Below are positions 8,268-15,959 of a DNA stretch of 60,443 nt, one piece after another. Under the pieces are notes generated by a model. It had not been told where the DNA came from, searched no databases, and was given only the letters and a program-made list of their open reading frames with translations. The position numbers and the translations under genes are program-made. Numbering within the stretch: the first letter of the stretch is position 1; the number at the start of each line of letters is the position of its first letter. The DNA is taken from NCBI GenBank assembly GCA_028714015.1, contig JAQTNG010000001.1:1-60443 (forward strand), written 5' to 3'. Source of the DNA: Elusimicrobiota bacterium. Lineage in GTDB: Bacteria > Elusimicrobiota > Elusimicrobia > UBA1565 > UBA9628.

Positions 8268-9584
8268 TTAGGCGGCGAGCTGCGTGATCCAGCGGACGAC
8301 GTTCTTGCCCGACGGCTTCTCGATCCACTTGACGCCGAGGACCCGGTCGTCCTTCTGCGCCGCCTTGGCGGCCTTGAACACGGCCTCCTGGTCGGTGTAG
8401 TACTTCACGACCGGGTCGCTGGTGTCCCGGATGATGTAGCAGTCCGGGTTGCCGCCGAAGTCCGTCGTGGCCGCGCCCGACACCTTGAAGCCGCACTCGT
8501 TGTCGGCCGGCGTCGACGTCGTCTCGACGACCGAGAACACGTCCTTGGCCGTGGCCTGCTTGGCCGCGACCTTCTTCCAGGCCACCGTCGCCGCCTCGGC
8601 CTTCGCGTGTTCGTCGCCGGGCTGCGCGGCGATCCACGCGTCGAACTGCTCGTTGGACACGCCGAGCTTTTCGGCCGCGTCGCGCGCCCACTTGATTTTC
8701 TCGGCCGGGAACGGCTGGTCGCCGCTGGGCGTCATCGGGGGCGCCGTGTACGTCTTGGCGGGCGCCGCCGGCTCGGCCGTCGTGTCGACGTACTTCGGCG
8801 TGCCGTCGACTCCGATCACGGCCTGGTCGAGCTGGACCGTCTCCTTGATCTTCGTGTCCAGCGGGCCCCACTTCAGCAGCGGGTTCTTGACGGACGTCTT
8901 GGCGCTCATCGCGTCCGCGCCCGAGCCCTCGGTGAGGAAGTGTTCCTTGGCCGCCAGCCACTTCTTGACGCTGCCCGCTTTGACGAACTCGGGGTCCTCG
9001 GCCCATTTGCCGCTGCCCTTCTGGAAGCTCTTGGAAAAGCGCAGGCCGTGCTCGATGCACTTCTCGGCCGACCAGTAGAACTCCATGGACAGCCCGCTGT
9101 TGAGCTCGAACCAGAAGTAATAGCCCTGGACGCGGTCGGACTTCTTCTCGGCCCGGAGCTTCACGAGGCTCTTGTGTTCGTCGTAGTTGAGGAGCTGGCC
9201 CTCGTAGACCCGCGCCGCGTTGACGTGCTTGTACTGGCCGGAGCGGTGCGCCAGCTGGATCACGCCGCGGACCATGATCTGCCACTGCGCCACGACCTTG
9301 TCGCCGTCCTTATACGGGACGATGCACGACTGGCCGAGGCCCGGCAGGATCGACAGACCGAGCGACGCCGAGATCGCGCACGCCGCGATGATGCTCTCGG
9401 GTTCGCAGCCCGCCTCGCGCAGGCCGCTGTTGTAGACCGTCATGATGTTCTGCTGGAAACCGTCGGCGTCCTTGCCGAGCATGCGGGTGAACATTTCCCG
9501 CGTGTCCACCTGGCCCAGCAGCTCCGGCAGCGTCTTGCGCTTCGCGGCGACGGCTTTGTCCTTCGGCGCGGCTTCGGTCGTCAT
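8268..9584 (-). CDS. recT: RecT-family single-strand annealing protein with a C-terminal extension of about 170 aa, 438 aa
   Basis: ASLGLSILPGLGQSCIVPY..QIMVRGVIQLAHRSGQ..ARVYEGQ aligns by eye with the E. coli RecT core. Residues from about 270 to 438 have no RecT counterpart. Confidence 0.85.
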   Translation of the reverse strand: MTTEAAPKDKAVAAKRKTLPELLGQVDTREMFTRMLGKDADGFQQNIMTVYNSGLREAGCEPESIIAACAISASLGLSILPGLGQSCIVPYKDGDKVVAQWQIMVRGVIQLAHRSGQYKHVNAARVYEGQLLNYDEHKSLVKLRAEKKSDRVQGYYFWFELNSGLSMEFYWSAEKCIEHGLRFSKSFQKGSGKWAEDPEFVKAGSVKKWLAAKEHFLTEGSGADAMSAKTSVKNPLLKWGPLDTKIKETVQLDQAVIGVDGTPKYVDTTAEPAAPAKTYTAPPMTPSGDQPFPAEKIKWARDAAEKLGVSNEQFDAWIAAQPGDEHAKAEAATVAWKKVAAKQATAKDVFSVVETTSTPADNECGFKVSGAATTDFGGNPDCYIIRDTSDPVVKYYTDQEAVFKAAKAAQKDDRVLGVKWIEKPSGKNVVRWITQLAA

Positions 9585-10006
9585 GGTGCCCTCCCAGGCC
9601 CGTCTACGTCAAATTAGGCCGCCGCGGGCGCTGATGGGGTTCGTCCCCGGTCCCGTCGGCGGTGTCCGTCTTTCTGTTTTTAGGCAGTAGCGTCAAAACG
9701 TCCGGGGCAACCGTTGAGGCCCGGCCCTCCATCATCCGTAGCGGTTCTCGGGGGAAGCGTTAGCCGGCCTCATCTTCCCAAAGTCTCCTCCGACCCGGCG
9801 ACTAATGATCTTTAAATCGACCGCGCAGGTGTGCCGGGCGCACTCTCTCTAGTCGGTCACCTGCGCGGCTCTGTCCCACGAACGCCTGGGACACGGCGGA
9901 GTTTAATGTCCTCCGACTTCTCACCAGTCTATTGCGCCCGACTCGGCCTTCACCGGGGATGCCTCCCTGTTGGCTCCGTCGAGCGCTCACCTGTTTCTCG
10001 AATCTG
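9585..10006 (-). other. 422-nt untranslated hairpin-rich region (candidate structured leader or ncRNA)
   Basis: No credible ORF. 11-bp stem 9821-9831/9858-9868, 6-bp stem 9873-9878/9887-9892, GGGAAG/CTTCCC stem on the minus strand and other hairpins. Sits between the HTH gene and recT in the same transcription unit. Confidence 0.35.
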
Positions 10007-10213
10007 TTACGCCTTGATGATCACGCCGACCTCGACGAGCTTCTTGCGCAGCATCGGGCTCGGCGCGGTGTGGCGATTCACGGTGCGGCTGAGCGTCGTC
10101 ACGGTGACGCTGAACAGGCCGCCCACCGCGACCTGGCCGTCGTTCTTGTTGATGAACTGCTCGAGGCGCTTGGCCTCGGCGGGGGTCAGTTTGGCGGCGG
10201 TGCGTTTGGTCAT
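10007..10213 (-). CDS. small helix-turn-helix DNA-binding protein, 68 aa
   Basis: ATG 10213 lies 5 nt after GAGGG. VAVGGLFSVTVTTLSRTVNRH is HTH-like. First gene after P3. The longer track ORF starts upstream of the promoter. Confidence 0.65.
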   Translation of the reverse strand: MTKRTAAKLTPAEAKRLEQFINKNDGQVAVGGLFSVTVTTLSRTVNRHTAPSPMLRKKLVEVGVIIKA

Positions 10214-10241
10214 TGGGCCCTCATAGGTACGATGTACGGGA

Positions 10242-10270
10242 ATGATAACATATGCCATGACATATGTCAA
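10242..10270 (-). promoter_or_regulatory. promoter P3 (TTGACA-17 nt-TATCAT) with near-palindromic spacer
   Basis: TTGACA at 10270-10265, spacer TATGTCATGGCATATGT, TATCAT at 10247-10242. The upstream gene's TGA lies inside the -35. Confidence 0.6.
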
Positions 10271-10488
10271 TATCCGCGTCCGTCCACGAACGTGTCGAAG
10301 TAATTGTCGGGCCCGTCGGCTCCGATGGTCATCGGGGGCGGCGGCGCGTGGGCCGCGCACGGCTTGGTCCGGTAGGCCGTCTGGCCCTTCTTGAGCGGGA
10401 GGCACAGGAGCGACCGCCGGACCTGAAGCCGACAGCCGCACGGATCGACTGGCTGGCCCTCGAAGTCCTTCCAGGCGCTCTTGCTCAT
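10267..10488 (-). CDS. small Cys-containing protein, 73 aa
   Basis: ATG 10488 (MSKSAWKDFEG..). The upstream 40 aa of the track ORF are Arg-rich. Confidence 0.55.
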   Translation of the reverse strand: MSKSAWKDFEGQPVDPCGCRLQVRRSLLCLPLKKGQTAYRTKPCAAHAPPPPMTIGADGPDNYFDTFVDGRGY

Positions 10489-10552
10489 TTCGGCAGCTCG
10501 CAGCCTTTCCACGGCAACTCGGCCTTGTCCAGGCGGACTAAGACGATCCCGT

Positions 10553-10819
10553 TCACAGCCGCTCCACGTAGAACGCTCGATCCGCGGCCGCGCGGCGGCG
10601 CAGCCCATAGAGCCACGCCCCGAGCCCCACCAGGGCGCCCACGACGGGATGGGCCAACGTCAGCACGAAGCTGGAGACGCCCGTCAGGATCCCGAGCAAG
10701 ACGCGCCCGGGGCGTGGCGCCAGGACGACGTCGCCGCGGCGCAGACGCGGCTCCGGCCGGTAGCCGAGGCGCGACACGCGCGGGCCGCGGCCGTACTTCG
10801 AGAAATAAGGGGGCGTCAT
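10553..10819 (-). CDS. small membrane protein, 88 aa
   Basis: ATG 10819 overlaps the upstream TGA. Hydrophobic stretch VLLGILTGVSSFVLTLAHPVVGALVGLGAWLYGL. Confidence 0.6.
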   Translation of the reverse strand: MTPPYFSKYGRGPRVSRLGYRPEPRLRRGDVVLAPRPGRVLLGILTGVSSFVLTLAHPVVGALVGLGAWLYGLRRRAAADRAFYVERL

Positions 10820-11400
10820 GATCGGACCTCGGCCGTCGGGAGTGTCTTGCGGATCTCGTCGACGATGGCAGGCAGGATGCCGTCGCGCAGCCAGTAGAAC
10901 TTGTGGCCGCGCGTGAACACGTTGAACTCGTACCACTCGCTCCCCATCCATTTCCGTAGGTCCTCGTCCGCACTGAGGTACAGCCCCTCTACGTTGCCTC
11001 CCCATTCGCACGCCTCAAGGCTGTCGTACACGTCGCGGGCCTCCTCCTTCTGGATCGACCGATCCCGGCGCTGCTGGAAAAGTCGCTTCGTGAACGCAGC
11101 GCGCGTCGCTGCTCCGTCGAACTCCTCAGGCTTGCCGCCCTCAAATTTGCAGGCCATGTAGTCGTAGGAGCCGTGGCAGACGAACTCCTTGAGCGTACAG
11201 TTGCCGCGTCCAGGCGAAGGCCAGGAATAGGTCCAGTCGCCGTAGTCGGACGTGATCGCCACCACGCCCGTCTCCTCGTGCAGGATGATGATGGCCCAGC
11301 CGTACTGCTTGTCGAACCGTGTCGAGTAGACCTCGGCATCGGTGCGCCGCACGAACTTCTCGGCCTTCAATTTGTAGAACTCCGGGGGGTTGATGCTCAT
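10816..11400 (-). CDS. hypothetical protein, 194 aa
   Basis: Clean ORF with balanced, Trp/Tyr-rich composition. ATGA coupling at both ends. Confidence 0.8.
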   Translation of the reverse strand: MSINPPEFYKLKAEKFVRRTDAEVYSTRFDKQYGWAIIILHEETGVVAITSDYGDWTYSWPSPGRGNCTLKEFVCHGSYDYMACKFEGGKPEEFDGAATRAAFTKRLFQQRRDRSIQKEEARDVYDSLEACEWGGNVEGLYLSADEDLRKWMGSEWYEFNVFTRGHKFYWLRDGILPAIVDEIRKTLPTAEVRS

Positions 11401-11582
11401 ATATTTGGCTCCGTGATGATGAAGCTGGAACTGAGGATTCCGCGCCAGCAGGCCGCGTCCGCCGCGGCGGCCGCCCGCCCGGCGCGCAGCTCCGCCGCCA
11501 CCTGGGCGCGGAGCTTCTTTTTCGCCTTGGCCAACGCCTTCGCGGTGCGCGGGCTGTCGTCGGCGTATCTGTCGCCCTTCAC
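11397..11582 (-). CDS. small basic protein, 61 aa
   Basis: GTG 11582 overlaps the upstream TGA (GTGA), and its stop overlaps the next ATG. Confidence 0.5.
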   Translation of the reverse strand: MKGDRYADDSPRTAKALAKAKKKLRAQVAAELRAGRAAAAADAACWRGILSSSFIITEPNI

Positions 11583-11872
11583 GCGGCCCCCGTCGGGCCC
11601 AGATCCTGGCAGCCGCGGTTGCGGACGTTGTGGTCAGCGCACGGCTGGCACATGGCGTAGACGACGCGCCCGCGCTCGGACAGAACGAAGCGCGCCGCCG
11701 GCGCAGCGCAGGGGATGTAGTACGTGCGCGACTGGGGTGCGGCCTCCTCGCACAGCGGCGACTTCCGTCCGGGGTGCCTGGCGCGCGCTGCGGAGATCAG
11801 TTCGCGGATGGCGTCCGCCGCGGCGTTCTGTTCCTTGACGATGGCGTCGAAGACGGGTTTAGGGAGGCTCAT
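11579..11872 (-). CDS. small Cys-rich protein, 97 aa
   Basis: ATG 11872 overlaps the upstream TGA. Sequence MSLPKPVFDAIVKEQ..CQPCADHNVRNRGC. Confidence 0.6.
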   Translation of the reverse strand: MSLPKPVFDAIVKEQNAAADAIRELISAARARHPGRKSPLCEEAAPQSRTYYIPCAAPAARFVLSERGRVVYAMCQPCADHNVRNRGCQDLGPTGAA

Positions 11873-12102
11873 CGGGGGCCCGCCGCGAAGCCGTCGAACT
11901 GGCCGTTCTTGACCAGCAACTCGTCGACGTCTCCCATCGAGTCCTCGTAGAAGAGGCGGCGGCCGTTGAGGCTCGGCGCCATCACCGTGACGACGTGCTC
12001 GGCGTCGTTGGTGATGGTCAGGTGCTGGTGCCACGGCCCCAGGTCCCGGATCGTCATGCTGTCCTTCTCGTTCTTCACGACCTCGAAGTGCGCGTGGTTC
12101 AT
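11869..12102 (-). CDS. hypothetical protein, 77 aa
   Basis: Clean ORF with ATGA coupling. Confidence 0.75.
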   Translation of the reverse strand: MNHAHFEVVKNEKDSMTIRDLGPWHQHLTITNDAEHVVTVMAPSLNGRRLFYEDSMGDVDELLVKNGQFDGFAAGPR

Positions 12103-12263
12103 GAGGGCTTGTTCTCCTTGGGGTGCGTCGTGTAGCCCAGGTAGGAGGCGTTCGACTCCTCCCTCAGGATGTCCCAGATGTTGCCGGTGTACTCGACGAT
12201 CTGGCCGTCGGGGGATTTGATCACGATGGTGAACGTCGGCCGGCCCGTCTTGTCGGTGGTCAT
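12099..12263 (-). CDS. small hypothetical protein, 54 aa
   Basis: ATG 12263 overlaps the upstream TGA. Sequence MTTDKTGRPTFTIVIKSPDGQIVEY.. Confidence 0.6.
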   Translation of the reverse strand: MTTDKTGRPTFTIVIKSPDGQIVEYTGNIWDILREESNASYLGYTTHPKENKPS

Positions 12264-12601
12264 GGTCGACCTCCTTGCGCGCAGAACGGCTCGCAGACGC
12301 GGACGCGCGCGCTCTTGCCCTGGGTGTTGGTCCGGTAGACCAGCTTCGTGTGGGCCCGGTCCTTCTTGGCCTTGCAGTCGTAACAGGTGCTCTTGGGTGA
12401 CTTGGCGGTGGCGATGAAGAACACCAAGCCGTAATTCGGGCCGCATCGGTATTGCGCCTTGATGAAGTCGCCTTTCTTTACCGTCTCGTCCACGGCGACG
12501 ACGGGCCCTTTGTTCGTCTGGACCTCCCGGCCGAACCGCGTCCCGCGGCCGTCGTCGAGAACTTCGGCGACCATCACCTTATGTAAATGTTCGCAGTGCA
12601 T
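12260..12601 (-). CDS. hypothetical Cys-containing protein, 113 aa
   Basis: Clean ORF of balanced composition. Confidence 0.75.
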   Translation of the reverse strand: MHCEHLHKVMVAEVLDDGRGTRFGREVQTNKGPVVAVDETVKKGDFIKAQYRCGPNYGLVFFIATAKSPKSTCYDCKAKKDRAHTKLVYRTNTQGKSARVRVCEPFCAQGGRP

Positions 12602-12602
12602 G

Positions 12603-12815
12603 TTAGCGGACCTCTCGCAGGACGATGTGGCCGTTGACGACGATGTCGGTCATGCCGTTGTCGAACGCGACCAGGTAGTGCGTCGTGCCGTACTCGCTCC
12701 GCGCGACCTTCTTGACGGTGCCCTTCTCGCCGACGCCGCGCGTGACGGTCCATCCGACCTGCTTGACCTCGATCGCCATTTCGACGCGCTGTCCTTCATG
12801 GAACGCGGTGGCCAT
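12603..12815 (-). CDS. hypothetical protein, 70 aa
   Basis: ATG 12815 follows a GGGAGGA SD. Confidence 0.75.
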   Translation of the reverse strand: MATAFHEGQRVEMAIEVKQVGWTVTRGVGEKGTVKKVARSEYGTTHYLVAFDNGMTDIVVNGHIVLREVR

Positions 12816-12816
12816 G

Positions 12817-13479
12817 TTATTTGTCCTCCCGCGTGACCATCTGCTCGGGCTTGAACGCCTTCACGCCGAAGAACTTCCGCGCGCAGTCCTCGCCGATCCA
12901 CATGCCGTGGATCTCGCCCTTGGCGTCCTTGCCGTTGACCGGGACGAAGCGACCGGACGGGATCTCCTTGGCGCACAGAGCGCAGTGGCGGCCGCCGCCG
13001 AAGCGGCTGTCGAACTTCGTGCCCTTGGCCCACAGCACGGTGCCGACCCAGCGCAGAACCTCGCGCTCGGCCTTGACCAGGCCGTTGGCGGTGCGATAGT
13101 TGGAGCGGTGGCCGTTGCCGTCGTCCGCATAGAAGCAGTCCTGGTCATCGCTGTAAGCCTGGCGGCCGCACTTCGTCCAGCTGACCTCGGGGCACGTCGG
13201 GCAGGTCACGTCGATGCCGCCCTTCTCCTTGGCGATGCGCTCGATGCCGTAGGGATATTTCTCGCCGAGGAACTTCTGCGCCGCGTCGTTGGTGCCGACG
13301 ACCTTGTCGCCGAACTTCCAGACGTGACCGTTGCCGCGGCAGGTGGGACACCGGACCCACACGGTCATGCGCACTCGTTTTTCTTCCCACTTGATCGGGG
13401 TCAGGCCCCAATCCTTCGCCTGCGTGCCCATGCGTTCGATCGTCTCGAGTCCCTTCGCGCTGTGGTTCGTGGTCGTCAT
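12817..13479 (-). CDS. multi-zinc-ribbon protein, 220 aa
   Basis: ATG 13479 follows GAGAGG. CPTC, CPTC and CALC pairs. First gene after P4. Confidence 0.8.
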   Translation of the reverse strand: MTTTNHSAKGLETIERMGTQAKDWGLTPIKWEEKRVRMTVWVRCPTCRGNGHVWKFGDKVVGTNDAAQKFLGEKYPYGIERIAKEKGGIDVTCPTCPEVSWTKCGRQAYSDDQDCFYADDGNGHRSNYRTANGLVKAEREVLRWVGTVLWAKGTKFDSRFGGGRHCALCAKEIPSGRFVPVNGKDAKGEIHGMWIGEDCARKFFGVKAFKPEQMVTREDK

Positions 13480-13518
13480 TCTAGTAGCCTCTCTAGTGCG
13501 TCGTGTACTTCTATCCAT

Positions 13519-13547
13519 ATAATAACAGATGACATGTCATCTGTCAA
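13519..13547 (-). promoter_or_regulatory. promoter P4 (TTGACA-17 nt-TATTAT) containing a perfect 20-bp palindrome
   Basis: TTGACA at 13547-13542 and TATTAT at 13524-13519. ACAGATGACATGTCATCTGT (13525-13544) is its own reverse complement. Confidence 0.7.
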
Positions 13548-13560
13548 GTGCTATTTTTGG

Positions 13561-13599
13561 CAAAAGACCGCCGCCCGGAAGGAGGGGACCGGGCGGCGG
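13561..13599 (-). terminator. intrinsic terminator (minus strand)
   Basis: 11-bp GC stem 13589-13599/13568-13578 with a 10-nt loop, followed by TCTTTTG. Lies after the last gene of the lysis/late block. Confidence 0.6.
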
Positions 13600-13620
13600 C
13601 GGATCGGCTCGACGGGGCGT

Positions 13621-13899
13621 CTACGCGGTAGGAGGCCAGCCCTCGAGGCGGACGTAGATGTGACAGCCGCAGGTGCCCCGCCACCAGACGGATGGGCTGA
13701 CGGCGCCCTGGCTAGCGATGGCCCAGTCCTTCCCCGGAGTCCTGTGCCCGGTGAGGCGGCAGACCGAGCCGTGCTGGCAGGCGATCAGGACGGCGCCGCC
13801 CAGGATCCGCCACGTCTCCGGCGCGCGGCCGGCGAGGAACTGGTCGTCCGACACCGTGCCGGGCGCGGGCGCGTAGACCTTGTGCTCGACGCCGCTCAT
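13621..13899 (-). CDS. hypothetical Cys/His/Trp-rich protein, 92 aa
   Basis: ATG 13899 overlaps the upstream TGA. The rest of the track ORF is Arg-rich shadow sequence. Confidence 0.6.
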   Translation of the reverse strand: MSGVEHKVYAPAPGTVSDDQFLAGRAPETWRILGGAVLIACQHGSVCRLTGHRTPGKDWAIASQGAVSPSVWWRGTCGCHIYVRLEGWPPTA

Positions 13900-14345
13900 T
13901 GGCAGACCCAGCCGTACCAGAGGCGGCCGCCCTGGGTCTCGAGGACCTGGTTGGAGAAGGTCGCGCGCGCGCGGACCCAGTAGAGGCCCCAGCCGCCGCC
14001 GAGCCCGTTGCCCAGCGCGGCGCCGACTTGGCCGTCCGTGCCGTTGGTCACGAAGGCGGCGGGGACGACCTGGCGCTCGCCGCCGGGCCACGTGAGGAGC
14101 AGCTCGACGCCCGTGGCGGCCGCGAGGTTGAGGACGTTGCCGTCCGCGTCCAGCACCTGGACCTGGAGCTGGAAGCCCACGTTCCCGCCGTCCAGGTGGC
14201 GCTCCTGCGGCGCGTCGGGGAACTGCTGGGGCAGCCCCGCGCACTGCAGCGCGAACGCGACGGTCAGGACAGGCGGCGGCGCGGCCCCGAGGAAGATCGA
14301 GGTCGGGCCGCCGTACAAGCCGAGGCGCGTCTGGGGCGTGGGCAT
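13896..14345 (-). CDS. hypothetical protein, 149 aa
   Basis: ATG 14345 follows TAGAGG. Beta-rich sequence MPTPQTRLGLYGGPTSIF.. Confidence 0.65.
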   Translation of the reverse strand: MPTPQTRLGLYGGPTSIFLGAAPPPVLTVAFALQCAGLPQQFPDAPQERHLDGGNVGFQLQVQVLDADGNVLNLAAATGVELLLTWPGGERQVVPAAFVTNGTDGQVGAALGNGLGGGWGLYWVRARATFSNQVLETQGGRLWYGWVCQ

Positions 14346-14353
14346 GATGGCCT

Positions 14354-14953
14354 CTACACGATGAGGAAGGTGTCCGCCACGGTGGGCGCGCCCACCAGCG
14401 GCCCGACGCCGATGACGCCGGTGCTGCCGTTGTAAGACAGGATCGGGACCGCGGCCTTGGCCAGGGTGCCCGTCAGGAAGATGAGCGTGCGGCCCACGAG
14501 CAGGTTGTTCGTGTAGCCCGTCACGTTGGTCGGGAACGCCGTGTTCGTGATCGTCCCGGCGGCCACGGTGCCCTGGATCTCCGTGCCGACCGCCGCGGCG
14601 AGGTTCTGCGGCGCGACGGCCGGGTCCGCGTCGATCGCGGCCACGTTCTCGCCCTCGCCGTGCAGGAGGTTGAACGGCGGCGCGTCGCCGATAGCCGGGG
14701 AGCCCCCGGCCTGGCTGTAGAAAACGTCCGAGACGAGGGCTCCCGCGACGCCCGCCGGGCGCGCGGCCCAGTAGTAGCCGCTCCCCGCGGCCTCGGTCAG
14801 CGCGACGGCGTAGTCGGCCCAGTGGGCGGCGTTGAACGCCTCCCAGGCGGGCGTGCCGCTCGTGTTCCACCACTCGCCGGTCAGGCGGTTGATCTGGGCG
14901 GCGTAGACGGTCAGTCCGGTGGCGTTCACGCACTCGATGATCGGGTTGCTCAT
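14354..14953 (-). CDS. hypothetical protein, 199 aa
   Basis: ATG 14953 follows AAGGAG. Sequence MSNPIIECVNATGLTVYAAQ.. Confidence 0.7.
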   Translation of the reverse strand: MSNPIIECVNATGLTVYAAQINRLTGEWWNTSGTPAWEAFNAAHWADYAVALTEAAGSGYYWAARPAGVAGALVSDVFYSQAGGSPAIGDAPPFNLLHGEGENVAAIDADPAVAPQNLAAAVGTEIQGTVAAGTITNTAFPTNVTGYTNNLLVGRTLIFLTGTLAKAAVPILSYNGSTGVIGVGPLVGAPTVADTFLIV

Positions 14954-14955
14954 GG

Positions 14956-15186
14956 TCAGGGCTCCTTGTGGGGTTGTGCGCCGGCGGCGCCCCGCATGTC
15001 GGCGAGGTGCGTGTGGAACAGGTCCAGCAGTTCGTCCTGGCACCTGGACGGGCTCAGGTTGGCCACGACGGTGTCCGACAGCAAGAACTGGGCGCTGCAG
15101 GAGCAGGTGGCCGTGGTGACTTTGAGGTCCACCAGCACATGCTCCTGGGCCGGGGCGACGGCCTTGGCGCCCTTCTTGCGCTTCAC
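14956..15186 (-). CDS. small hypothetical protein, 76 aa
   Basis: GTG 15186 overlaps the TGA of the holin-like gene (GTGA). Only the C-terminal part of track ORF 14956..15840 looks protein-like. Confidence 0.4.
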   Translation of the reverse strand: MKRKKGAKAVAPAQEHVLVDLKVTTATCSCSAQFLLSDTVVANLSPSRCQDELLDLFHTHLADMRGAAGAQPHKEP

Positions 15187-15464
15187 GGCTTGGGGCCCGC
15201 CTTCAGCTGCTGGTGGATCTGCATCTGCTGGGTGTGCAGGCCGAGGACGACCAGGCCCGCCAGGATCAGGCCGACGTTCGGGTCGCCCTTGAAGTTGCGG
15301 GCGAGCTCCACGAGGGCGGCCGCGCTGGTCGCGTGGCTGACCTCGAGCAGGAGGCCGCCGACGCCCGTCAGCACGGAGCCGACGCCGCCGATCTTCGGCA
15401 GCCAGACGGCGAACTTGTCCCAGAGGCCGGTCAGCGACGCGTACAGGTTGATCAACGGGTCCAT
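15183..15464 (-). CDS. holin-like membrane protein, 93 aa
   Basis: Strong SD GGAGGAG. Two or three hydrophobic segments. Immediately downstream of the amidase. Confidence 0.6.
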   Translation of the reverse strand: MDPLINLYASLTGLWDKFAVWLPKIGGVGSVLTGVGGLLLEVSHATSAAALVELARNFKGDPNVGLILAGLVVLGLHTQQMQIHQQLKAGPKP

Positions 15465-15473
15465 GGTCTCCTC

Positions 15474-15959
15474 CTACGGGGTAAGGCTGCCCCGGACGGC
15501 TTCCCAGGGGAAGGCCGAGCCGGGGTCCGTCTTGCGGCCGACGGGCAGGGCCACGTCGGCGTGGCCGATGATGTCCGCGGCGCCGATCCGGTAGTCCAGT
15601 TGCATCGGGCGCAGCAGCGACAAGAGGGCGGCGATTTGGTCGTCGGGGTAAGGATCCTCCCCGTCGTTGAGGTTGACCAGCTCGATGCCCACGGAGAAGC
15701 GGTTGACGTCCTCGACGCCGCGCCAGATGGAGACGCCGGCGTGCCAGGCGCGCAGGCTCTCGTGAACGAGGTGGAAGATCACGCCCGTCTTGCTGATGAG
15801 CCAATGCGCGCTGGCCTTGGAGGCCGGGTCGCACAGCCACGCGAGCGGGCTCTCGACGTTGTCGGTCTCGGTCGCGTGGACGACGACGGCCGTGATCGCG
15901 TCGGGGCGCGCGCTGTAGTTGGGGCTCGGGTGCCAGGTGCTGTCGGGGCGCGGGGTCAA
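15474..15959 (-). CDS. N-acetylmuramoyl-L-alanine amidase (Amidase_2/PGRP fold) endolysin, 161 aa
   Basis: VVVHATE..AHWLISKTG..AWHAGVSIWRG..NRFSVGIELVN..GHADV. TTG start overlaps the upstream TGA. Confidence 0.9.
   Translation of the reverse strand: MTPRPDSTWHPSPNYSARPDAITAVVVHATETDNVESPLAWLCDPASKASAHWLISKTGVIFHLVHESLRAWHAGVSIWRGVEDVNRFSVGIELVNLNDGEDPYPDDQIAALLSLLRPMQLDYRIGAADIIGHADVALPVGRKTDPGSAFPWEAVRGSLTP

Noticed and set aside
9601-9660. GGGG-ACGAA-CCCC hairpin and a TCGACGG-like string that hint at a tRNA or tmRNA.
   Set aside because: The loop is 5 nt, not the 7-nt T-loop. No acceptor stem, anticodon arm or CCA-proximal pairing can be drawn. I could not build a cloverleaf on either strand.
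13621-13899. The CQH...CRLTGH spacing, considered as a Rieske-type 2Fe-2S motif.
   Set aside because: The spacing (CxH-x4-Cx4H) does not fit the CxH-x15-47-CxxH Rieske pattern. The ORF is left as hypothetical.
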